Below the pieces are notes generated by a model that did no database searches, was not told the DNA's origin, and saw only the letters and a list, made by a program, of their open reading frames with translations. From NCBI GenBank assembly GCA_965644315.1, contig CBFFRQ010000019.1, positions 310,001 to 374,000 on the forward strand: a stretch of 64,000 bases of DNA, in the 5' to 3' direction. Of the stretch, positions 55,674 to 63,572 are shown one piece after another. The translations under genes were made by a program, and so were the position numbers. This DNA comes from Caecitellus pseudoparvulus (Eukaryota > Protista > Bigyra: Bicosoecida). The first letter of the stretch is position 1. Each line of letters starts with the position of its first letter.

Positions 55674-56933
55674 ATGCAAAAAATACAACTAGTAAAATAT
55701 AATATATCTAATAAATGGTATTCTTACGATGGAAAGCAACATAAAATAACAGATAAGAACCCAGACCAAGGGTTTATTTTATTTAATGGTTATGAAATGA
55801 ATAAAAAAGGTTTAGAAAAGTTTTATGATGATATGAATATATGGAGCGAACAAATATATAATTTAGAACGTAAAAGCAAAACAGGCAAACAACTAACAAA
55901 AATAAACGTAGGAAAATTTAAGAGTTTAGACTCCTTATTTTTTACTTTAATTAATGATACTAAATATTTTAAAAATCAATATATTGACATTGAACACGAC
56001 CCAATAACAGAAAAAGAGGAAATATACCGCCAAGGGTGCTATAATTCAGGGTTAATTTATAAAAGCAAAGAAAAAGACCCAGAAACAGGCGAACCCAAAG
56101 TATTTAAAAAAGTTAAAGCTTATGATTTTAAAAACTTTTATTTAGGTTTATGTAATTCAACGCATAAAAATTCAATACGTAAAATACCATATAAAGAAGG
56201 CGAGGTTAAATTATTAGATAAATTAGATTTTAATAAACCCCCTTTCGGAATGTTCAAGGTTAAAATTAAATCTTCACATCCTGATATTTTTAAAGTGTTT
56301 TCTTTTTCAAAGGATAATATTTATACACATACGGATATAAAAACGGCTTATTTTCTAATGAAATATAAAAATATGGTTGATTCAATGGAATTAATAACAG
56401 ATGAAGAAGACAACGCCATAATATACACAGAAGATAAATTAATAACAATTGGTAATTTATTTAATTATTATTATAAGTTCATTACAGAAGGACGAAAAAA
56501 ACACCCAGAAAATAAATTATTAAAATATTTAGGTTCGCATTATTACACGCGATTATATCCACAACGTAAGCCGTTTTATGTTAGCAGAGATAATCCAAAA
56601 AGTGCAATTTATCATATGCACCATATAGAATTAAGTATAATTAATGGTAAAGTAGAATCAAAATATTATATGCTTAAAACATTAGCCCCCAAAAAATCGG
56701 CAATACGTCTTCGCCCTTATGTTGAATCATACGCACGGCATAAAATGTATAGTTTATTAATGGAATCAAAATATAAAATAAATTTAGATGATGTTATAAG
56801 AGTATATATTGACGGTGTAATTTTAAAGAAACGAATTAAAAAAAAATTAAAACCTATTGAATTAGTAAAAGAGGAAAAATACCATAATAAAAATATTCAA
56901 TTAGACGGCAACATATGCAATATAATAAATTAA
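55674..56933 (+). CDS. Short, divergent family-B (protein-primed type) DNA polymerase
   Basis: CYNSGLIY (YxGG-like), motif A AYDFKNFY, motif B KLLKYLGSHYY, motif C RVYIDGV in the expected order; no recognisable exonuclease domain. Confidence 0.7.
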   Translation: MQKIQLVKYNISNKWYSYDGKQHKITDKNPDQGFILFNGYEMNKKGLEKFYDDMNIWSEQIYNLERKSKTGKQLTKINVGKFKSLDSLFFTLINDTKYFKNQYIDIEHDPITEKEEIYRQGCYNSGLIYKSKEKDPETGEPKVFKKVKAYDFKNFYLGLCNSTHKNSIRKIPYKEGEVKLLDKLDFNKPPFGMFKVKIKSSHPDIFKVFSFSKDNIYTHTDIKTAYFLMKYKNMVDSMELITDEEDNAIIYTEDKLITIGNLFNYYYKFITEGRKKHPENKLLKYLGSHYYTRLYPQRKPFYVSRDNPKSAIYHMHHIELSIINGKVESKYYMLKTLAPKKSAIRLRPYVESYARHKMYSLLMESKYKINLDDVIRVYIDGVILKKRIKKKLKPIELVKEEKYHNKNIQLDGNICNIIN

Positions 56934-56934
56934 A

Positions 56935-57951
56935 TTATTTTTTATTTTTTTTATCAAAATCTTTTATTAGTTCCTCTGCTGTTTTTATTAATTCCGTTCG
57001 TGGCTCATATGTTGCGTCCTTCTTTCTGTAACCATCCCACCAAACCAAATAATAAATTTTACCTTTAATTTTTTTCTTATCAAGAATCTTTTTAATTTTA
57101 AATAATTCTTGGTCTTCCTCTGCGTGTTTTAAATCATTTTCAACATAGCTAACATTATCCATATTGTTTAACATATATCTATATTTTGTGGGATATCTTA
57201 GAACCTGTGTTATTTTATGTGGAAATCGTGACCACCTCCGATCGCCTTCTCTAAATCTATTTATATCTTGTTGTTCCTGTGCTAGTGCATTTTCTGGAAC
57301 ATCAAGCCGATATTTTATAATATCCCCAACTTTAAATTTAGGGTGTCCTAATGGTTTCATATTTACAAAATGTAGCCCTCTTTCTTTTTCTTCCCTAAAT
57401 TTATTTACTTTCTCACGTATTAAATTTAATACTTCTTTATTATTCCATTCATTAAATGGCTTGTCTGTTTTAAGTTCTACTGCGTTCATATATGAATTTA
57501 AAAGCCTTGATAAAGTTTTATTTAATCGTTCTACAACGCTCATTTGTTTATGTCTTCCCTTCTTTGCGACCCTTAATAAATAACCGTTATCATAAAGAAA
57601 GCTTTTTAAAAGCCCTTTAAATTCTGTCCCACTATCAACCTGAAAATTAGCCCCTTCTTTAGGTTGAATATATGGGCGTTTTGAAATTGTTTTAAGTGCG
57701 TTTAAAACTGTAAGAGGTGTTTTATTTTTCAGGGGTTCAAAATCAAAATTATTTGTTTCCAAATCGCAAATTACCAATAAATATTTATATCCATCTTTTG
57801 TATGAGGTAAAAATAATAAATCCATCATAAAATTATAGCCTTTAAATGGAAATATACGATTTTTAACACTGCTGAAATGTTTTTCTTTCTCTTTAAAAAT
57901 CTTAAAATCGCTATCATCTGTGCCTCCTATATCGTCAATTATTTTATTCAT
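56935..57951 (-). CDS. rve (retroviral-type DDE) integrase with C-terminal chromodomain, copy 1
   Basis: MMDLLFLP (D), YLLVICD, QVDSGTEF (D), VVERLNKTL (E); chromodomain IKKILDKK..YYLVWWDGY..ATYEP. Confidence 0.93.
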   Translation of the reverse strand: MNKIIDDIGGTDDSDFKIFKEKEKHFSSVKNRIFPFKGYNFMMDLLFLPHTKDGYKYLLVICDLETNNFDFEPLKNKTPLTVLNALKTISKRPYIQPKEGANFQVDSGTEFKGLLKSFLYDNGYLLRVAKKGRHKQMSVVERLNKTLSRLLNSYMNAVELKTDKPFNEWNNKEVLNLIREKVNKFREEKERGLHFVNMKPLGHPKFKVGDIIKYRLDVPENALAQEQQDINRFREGDRRWSRFPHKITQVLRYPTKYRYMLNNMDNVSYVENDLKHAEEDQELFKIKKILDKKKIKGKIYYLVWWDGYRKKDATYEPRTELIKTAEELIKDFDKKNKK

Positions 57952-57962
57952 ATATAATATAA

Positions 57963-57966
57963 TAGA
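57963..57966 (-). promoter_or_regulatory. TCTA late-promoter-like motif (CroV/mavirus type) before integrase 1
   Basis: TCTA in AT-only flanks, 11 nt before the ATG. Confidence 0.55.
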
Positions 57967-57997
57967 TATAAAGAAATATTAATTAAGTATATATATA

Positions 57998-58225
57998 ATG
58001 TGTGAAAAAGACACCAAAAAAGATAAGCCATATAATGAAGTTGATACATACTGCCGAATATGTGGTTCTTATCATAAATACACTTCAAATTTAAACCATA
58101 CGCGAACCGTAAAACATCAAAAATATAGAACGATAACGCTAGGCGTAATTAATTTATATAAAGGAAGATTGAACGATTTAAAAAAACTTATAGAAAAATA
58201 TGAAGAACTTGAAAAAGAGGAATAA
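57998..58225 (+). CDS. Small C2H2-type zinc-finger protein
   Basis: CRICG..NHTRTVKH (C-x2-C..H-x5-H). Confidence 0.7.
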   Translation: MCEKDTKKDKPYNEVDTYCRICGSYHKYTSNLNHTRTVKHQKYRTITLGVINLYKGRLNDLKKLIEKYEELEKEE

Positions 58226-58451
58226 AAAAAATAATCTAAATATATAATATGGTAAAGTTAAAATAAAATAAAAATCTTCTAGTTGTATCAATCCATTTTG
58301 TTTAGTATTTTGCATTTTAAATATAGTATAGTAAATTTTATCCTTTAATTATTTTGTTTTTACAAAATAATTATAGAATAAGTAAAAATACTGATTTAAT
58401 TTAATATTGAATTTTGATTTAATAAAATTTATTATACATTCTTAAAAGTCA

Positions 58452-59015
58452 TCAAAATTTATTTTTCAGCTTAAAAGTTGCCCTGATTACTGAATATAAC
58501 TCATCATAAGACGAAAAAATATTTAATAAATCGTGACCACAAGCGGAGATAAGCTCGAGTCGTTCTTTTTCACATTTTAAACGTTCGGCGTCATCTTCTA
58601 CAGCTCTTAAATTTGCTTTAAAAAGTTTATTACAAGGTGTAAGCACTACGATGCACTCATCAACAACTCCTAAGTATTGAGCCTCTTGAATGCTTGAACA
58701 AACTAATAATAAAGAGTGACCTTTTAAAGATGCTCTTAAATTTTCAACGTATTTTTTAGCCTCAACTAAATAATTTACTTCACTATTTACGCCATCTTCA
58801 CGCTTGACACTTTCGCCAACATCTACGAGCTTAACCTTATCATTACCTTTCAAAGCTTCGCAAAGTCGGCTTTTACCTGTCTTTTTACTCATCACAATTG
58901 CTCCAAATTTAACCGCCTTAAATTTTTTTGCTTTGCTTCGTCTCCAGCATCTATAAGATGACTGAAGACCAAACGACACGAGCGAACCTAACATAAGCCC
59001 CTGTTCTAAATTCAT
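58452..59015 (-). CDS. 187-aa protein with hydrophobic N-terminus and P-loop-like motif, copy A
   Basis: GAIVMSKKTGKS, VKLVDVG; clear homolog at 62946-63509. Confidence 0.8.
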   Translation of the reverse strand: MNLEQGLMLGSLVSFGLQSSYRCWRRSKAKKFKAVKFGAIVMSKKTGKSRLCEALKGNDKVKLVDVGESVKREDGVNSEVNYLVEAKKYVENLRASLKGHSLLLVCSSIQEAQYLGVVDECIVVLTPCNKLFKANLRAVEDDAERLKCEKERLELISACGHDLLNIFSSYDELYSVIRATFKLKNKF

Positions 59016-59077
59016 ATATTATAGTATTATATTTTATTTTGGTAATATATGGAAATTAATATTAATCTCTATATATT

Positions 59078-59295
59078 CTATTTTAAGTTTTCCCTTTCCT
59101 TCTCTTCCTTCTTTCGTAATCTAGCTTCTCTTCTTCTTTCATTTATTTTTTCTCGGTTCTTTTCTCTATATTTCCTAGCAGATTCTCTTCTTGCTTCTCT
59201 ATTCTTTTCTCTATATTGTCTATCGGATTCTCTTCTTGCTTCTCTATTATTTTCTCTATATTTTCTAGCATATTCTCTTCTTGCTTCTTCATTCT
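59078..59295 (-). pseudogene. 3' remnant of a gene with Arg/Glu-rich repeats, interrupted at ~59296
   Basis: Encodes (EARRE[YS].R.YRE.NR)x3-EKINERRRE..; upstream of NEEARRE the sequence changes abruptly to G6 plus a palindrome and non-coding DNA. Confidence 0.6.
59155..59290. repeat. Three tandem 45-bp coding repeats
   Basis: Unit approximately TTCTCTATATTT.CTAGCA.ATTCTCTTCTTGCTTCTCTATT.TT, repeated three times. Confidence 0.85.
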
Positions 59296-59890
59296 GGGGG
59301 GACAATACATACATAATGTATGTATGTGCGGTGTGTCTCAACTGCTGCCGCAGTTTGCGACTAAAAACAGATATATTTATAAATAGTTTTCTTAGATAAA
59401 ATCTATAAATACCATTCTTAGATATATTTATACTATATCTATAACACTTATTAAGCCCTACCCCTACAAAAACAATCCCTTATAAACCCTTGATACCATT
59501 TTTATACTACTATTTACTACTATTTTATAAGGGTTATCTTAAGGGTTATCACTACAATAAATAGAAATAATATAAAAAATATAATAAATATATATATATA
59601 TATATTTTTTGAAACTCTTCTTAACACTTCATCAACAATCAATCAAAATAAAATTGAAGCAATCAAGCATCCACCCAATCTACCTATTCCAGAAACAATC
59701 AAAGGAGACGAAAAGCCAAAATAAAAAACATCATAAAATATCACTTATTCATATATCACATAACCCTAAATCCAATCTAACCCTTATCCCTTAATCCCTT
59801 AACCCTAAATCCTACATAGTGTGTGGAGTGTGTGCGAATATATAATAAAAAACATTCTCTCACATTTTAAAAGGGTTTTAAGATAATTAT
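59296..59890. repeat. Putative terminal region (TIR) of a second, nested element
   Basis: About 600 bp non-coding; begins GGGGGGACA then the palindrome ATACATACAT-A-ATGTATGTAT; contains AAGGGTTATC x2, a (TA)n tract and degenerate CCCTAA repeats. Confidence 0.55.
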
Positions 59891-59906
59891 TTTATTAATA
59901 TATATA

Positions 59907-60452
59907 ATGTCTATAATGGATCCTCATTTATTATATAATATTATAAATTGTGAAAATATAGAAGATGATATTTTAATAAGTTGTTGTGGTAGTATAGAAT
60001 GTATAAGAAATATATTTATTAGAGCTACAAGATTTGCGGGGGTTGATAATTCAAAAATAACAATTGAAGATATTAAGAATATTAAAAAATCAGGATTAAC
60101 CATTGATTTAATAAAAAAATTTGATGATGGTAATTTAAATTTTACAGTATTACATAAATTTAAAAATTTTAGTATTGATTGGATTTTTAAATATCCAGAT
60201 AAGAAATGGAACGCAGAAGAAATAGAAAAAAAAGAATGGTTTTTTTATAATTTAATAGAAATATTTAATAATTTTGAATGGTCGTCTAATACATTAAAAG
60301 AATATATCAAAATACAAAACTATAAAGAAAAACACAAAAGAAAATATAAAGATGTATTAGATGAATTAATAACGGTTGTTTATCATCCTGATAATGCTGA
60401 AAGATTAGGATTATTTGAAACAGTTTCAAAAAATGATTTTTTTAATTATTAA
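59907..60452 (+). CDS. Viral hypothetical protein (181 aa) with giant-virus-like motifs
   Basis: Long ORF; KYPDKKWN and ELITVVYHPDN resemble PDKxW repeats and the C-terminal EL..HP motif seen in NCLDV proteins (recalled, not searched). Confidence 0.7.
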   Translation: MSIMDPHLLYNIINCENIEDDILISCCGSIECIRNIFIRATRFAGVDNSKITIEDIKNIKKSGLTIDLIKKFDDGNLNFTVLHKFKNFSIDWIFKYPDKKWNAEEIEKKEWFFYNLIEIFNNFEWSSNTLKEYIKIQNYKEKHKRKYKDVLDELITVVYHPDNAERLGLFETVSKNDFFNY

Positions 60453-60655
60453 TTGATAATTAATATTTATAAAAAATAATGTATTCAATAAAAAATACAA
60501 CTATATAATATAATATAATGGAAAATGGCTCATTGACAACTCAAATCGATTTGAAATAATTTTTAAATTACATCTTGATATATATAATATCCTAGATAAA
60601 ATTTTTTATAAAACTAATTTATTTAAATATAAAATATAATTTAAAAAATAAATAT

Positions 60656-60659
60656 TCTA
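60656..60659 (+). promoter_or_regulatory. TCTA late-promoter-like motif
   Basis: 10 nt before the ATG at 60670. Confidence 0.55.
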
Positions 60660-60669
60660 AATATATATA

Positions 60670-61217
60670 ATGAAGAGTCTAAAGACGTTATTAAGTATAC
60701 ATAAAAGAGAGCTCAACAAATATCACGCTTTGATAAATAATTATTGTAAAATTGAGGATTATTCATATTTTTTTATTATTCTATTTTTAATGAACCATCA
60801 ATAAAAATAAGAAAAGAAACAAAGCTTGAGAATTTAGAAAAAGTTAAATTAGAAGTTGAAGCAGAAACAGAGGATATAAGAAATAAAATAAAAACCTTTG
60901 AAAAATTAATAGATTTATTAGAAGTTATAAATTTATATATTGATGATTTACCAAAAAGACAATTTATTATTGATACACTAGGGACAAACTGCCCGGAAGC
61001 TTTCGTTCATCAACATTATATATTAAAATCTCAAATATTACCAAAAATTCCAAAAAATATAAAAACTATATCTTATGAATTAAAAGAACTTTTAAAAGAT
61101 GACTTTTTTATGAAGATGATAAACAGAATAAAGAACAATGGATTTTATACCAGATACGAGACAAAAGAAGATTTAATCCAATATTTAAAAGAGGAATATC
61201 CAGACCATAAATTTTAA
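60670..61217 (+). pseudogene. Viral hypothetical gene (~182 aa) split by a -1 frameshift at a T7 run (60768-60774)
   Basis: The ATG frame stops at 60804; the -1 frame is open from 60756 to 61217; TCTA motif 10 nt upstream of the ATG. Missing from the ORF track. Confidence 0.7.
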
Positions 61218-61255
61218 ATAATCAATAATAATATATTAATATATATATATTATTA

Positions 61256-62320
61256 ATGATATCAGATAAAATATTAAAAGATTTGAAGATTTTGAAAGAT
61301 TCTAAAAAATCAAAATTAACAACATTAACCAAACCCCCAAAGAAGGACAAAGGAGAAGAGATACCAACACATAAAGCATTAATAAAAGATAGTATCCAAC
61401 AGGCTGATTTATTATTCTTACCAAATGATAATAATTATATATATTTATTAGTGGTGGTAGATGTGGCGACAAAAGCTGCCGACGCTGAGCCATTAAAAAA
61501 TAAGAAGAGTGAAACAGTATTAAAAGCGTTAAAAAGAATATGGAAACGAAAATATTTAAACCCTCCATCCGTGATATTTAAAACAGATGACGGGACAGAA
61601 TTTAAAGGACATGTTAAAGAATATTTCAATAATCCAAAAAATGCGACCTTAAAAAATTCAAGAGTTTCAAGACATAGACAAACAGCAGTTGTTGAAGCAC
61701 TAAATAAAACGTTAGGGCGTATAATATCACTAAAACATAAACAATATGAATTAATACACGGACAAACCACAAACGAGTGGGCTAATATTATCCCTGATAT
61801 CATGAAACTATATAATAAATATATTTTAGAAAAACCAAAAATAGGAATTAAAGAATTTTTTAAAATGCCATATATACCAAAAGATATATTGAAACGTGGA
61901 GATTTAGTAAAAGTTATTTTAGATTATCCACAAAATATAAAGGGTGAAAGATTACACGGAACATTTAGAACAGGCGATATAAGATACGAAGTAAATAAAA
62001 TAAGAAAAATAGAGGGTGTTTTAATTACACCAGGACAACCGCCAATATATACGATTGAAGGTATAGATAATACAGGATACACAAGAAACCAGCTTTTATT
62101 AATAGAAGAACCAGAAGAGGAACCAGAAGAAGACGAAGATAATAAACGATACGAAGTAGAGAAGATAACAGGAGAGAAAAAGATTAAGAATAAGAAATAT
62201 TATCGTATAAAATGGAAGGGATACAAACAACAAACATACGAACCAGCCCAGACCATAAATTCACAAATACCAGAATTAGTAAAAAATTATAAAAAATATA
62301 AAAACTCTAAGAAAAAATAA
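61256..62320 (+). CDS. rve integrase with C-terminal chromodomain, copy 2
   Basis: QADLLFLP, YLLVVVD, KTDDGTEF, VVEALNKTL, FRTGDIRY; chromodomain YEVEKITGEK..YYRIKWKGY..TYEP. Confidence 0.93.
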   Translation: MISDKILKDLKILKDSKKSKLTTLTKPPKKDKGEEIPTHKALIKDSIQQADLLFLPNDNNYIYLLVVVDVATKAADAEPLKNKKSETVLKALKRIWKRKYLNPPSVIFKTDDGTEFKGHVKEYFNNPKNATLKNSRVSRHRQTAVVEALNKTLGRIISLKHKQYELIHGQTTNEWANIIPDIMKLYNKYILEKPKIGIKEFFKMPYIPKDILKRGDLVKVILDYPQNIKGERLHGTFRTGDIRYEVNKIRKIEGVLITPGQPPIYTIEGIDNTGYTRNQLLLIEEPEEEPEEDEDNKRYEVEKITGEKKIKNKKYYRIKWKGYKQQTYEPAQTINSQIPELVKNYKKYKNSKKK

Positions 62321-62336
62321 TTCTTTAAAAATATTT

Positions 62337-62340
62337 TCTA
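62337..62340 (+). promoter_or_regulatory. TCTA late-promoter-like motif
   Basis: 11 nt before the ATG at 62352. Confidence 0.5.
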
Positions 62341-62351
62341 AAGCATGATAT

Positions 62352-62813
62352 ATGGATTTTATAAAACCAACTCAAAAATATATAAATAGTCTTAATAAAT
62401 CAAGAGATGAAGGATTTAATAAAGAACGCCAAGTTTTAAAAAGACTTAATAAAATAACCAAAAATAAATTTTATAAAACAACAGATTTTTTTAATCATTT
62501 TGACTTTATAACAAAAGACGGAAAATATAATATAGAATTAAAAAGCAGAAACAACACATATAACAAATACCCAACAACCATAATAAATATAGAGAAGATA
62601 AGATATATAAAAGCCGCTAAATTAGAACATCCTAAAAAACGTTTTTATTTCTTATTTAATTTCTGCGATGGTTTATACTACATTAAATATAAATCAAAAG
62701 TATTTGATAAATTCAATATTAAAAATATATGTAGGCATGATAGAGATATTGTAAAACTTCATTTAGAAATACCCATTTCAAAACTAAAACCAATAGAAAA
62801 GATTAAAATATAA
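62352..62813 (+). CDS. PD-(D/E)xK-fold nuclease-like protein
   Basis: E..HFDFITKDGKYNIELKSR (D..ExK) pattern. Confidence 0.65.
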   Translation: MDFIKPTQKYINSLNKSRDEGFNKERQVLKRLNKITKNKFYKTTDFFNHFDFITKDGKYNIELKSRNNTYNKYPTTIINIEKIRYIKAAKLEHPKKRFYFLFNFCDGLYYIKYKSKVFDKFNIKNICRHDRDIVKLHLEIPISKLKPIEKIKI

Positions 62814-62847
62814 ATATATTTTAATAATGTTTATTAAAATATATTTA
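62811..62847. terminator. Perfect 17-bp AT hairpin at the stop codon of the nuclease gene
   Basis: TAAATATATTTTAATAA-TGT-TTATTAAAATATATTTA, between convergent genes. Confidence 0.6.
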
Positions 62848-62945
62848 AAATTAGTTTTATTTTTGTCTCTTATTTTTTGTTTTTTACTTTTTTATTTAAC
62901 ACCTTAAGAGCGTCTTAATAAAAACCCTATATTTTTAAGTCGTTT

Positions 62946-63509
62946 TTAGAACTTATTTGATAATTTAAAAGTAGCTTTTATAACGTTGTATAATTCATCA
63001 TAAGAAGAAAAGATATTTAATAAATCTTGACCGCAGCTGCTTATTAATTCTAATCTGTTAGATTCAACTTTTTTTAATTCATCAGCGGGGATATTTTGCG
63101 TGATTTTTCTAAATAAATCATTAGAAGGGGTTAAGCATACGATTGCTTTATCTTCAACACCAAGAAATTTAGCCTCATCAATAGAAGAAACAACCAATAA
63201 TAATGAGTGGTCTTTTAAATCTTTTCTAAGTTTATTAACATATTCTTTAGCTTTTACTAAATAATTTACGTTAGAATTTACCGAGTTTTCACGTGGCACA
63301 CTTTCGCCAACATCAACTAAAAGAACTTTATTATTGCCTTTTAATTTTTCGCACATTCTACTTTTTCCAGTTTTAGAGCTCATCACAACAGCCCCAAATT
63401 TTACTGCTTTAAATTTTTTAGCTCTTCCATTTTTCCAACAATTATAAGAGCTTTTAACGCCTAACGATACTAAGGCGCCGCCTACCATTAATCCTGTTTC
63501 TAAATTCAT
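62946..63509 (-). CDS. 187-aa protein with hydrophobic N-terminus and P-loop-like motif, copy B
   Basis: GAVVMSSKTGKS; shares AKKFKAVKFGA, LVDVGESV, HSLLLV and DLLNIFSSYDELY with copy A. Confidence 0.8.
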   Translation of the reverse strand: MNLETGLMVGGALVSLGVKSSYNCWKNGRAKKFKAVKFGAVVMSSKTGKSRMCEKLKGNNKVLLVDVGESVPRENSVNSNVNYLVKAKEYVNKLRKDLKDHSLLLVVSSIDEAKFLGVEDKAIVCLTPSNDLFRKITQNIPADELKKVESNRLELISSCGQDLLNIFSSYDELYNVIKATFKLSNKF

Positions 63510-63523
63510 AATATATATTATAC

Positions 63524-63527
63524 TAGA
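63524..63527 (-). promoter_or_regulatory. TCTA late-promoter-like motif
   Basis: 14 nt before the ATG at 63509. Confidence 0.5.
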
Positions 63528-63572
63528 GATTTTTTATTTTTTTATTAATCGTCTTTAATAATTTATTTATCT

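Noticed and set aside
58235-58266. TCTA motif followed by ATG at 58249
   Set aside because: Encodes only MVKLK; possibly a gene remnant but unsupported.
59155-59290. Regularly spaced repeats resembling a CRISPR array
   Set aside because: Contiguous 45-bp in-frame coding repeats without unique spacers; no cas genes; eukaryotic/viral context.
59650-59657. AAAATTGA giant-virus early promoter
   Set aside because: Single occurrence about 250 bp from the next credible start codon, in AT-rich DNA; likely chance.
57164-61803. ORFs 57164-57583, 59049-59399, 59609-59794, 61302-61568 and 61435-61803
   Set aside because: Antisense to integrase or repeat genes, or a TTG-start ORF in skewed non-coding DNA; no independent support.
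56935-62320. Integrases as parts of LTR retrotransposons
   Set aside because: Stand-alone ORFs with no gag, protease, reverse transcriptase or LTRs nearby.
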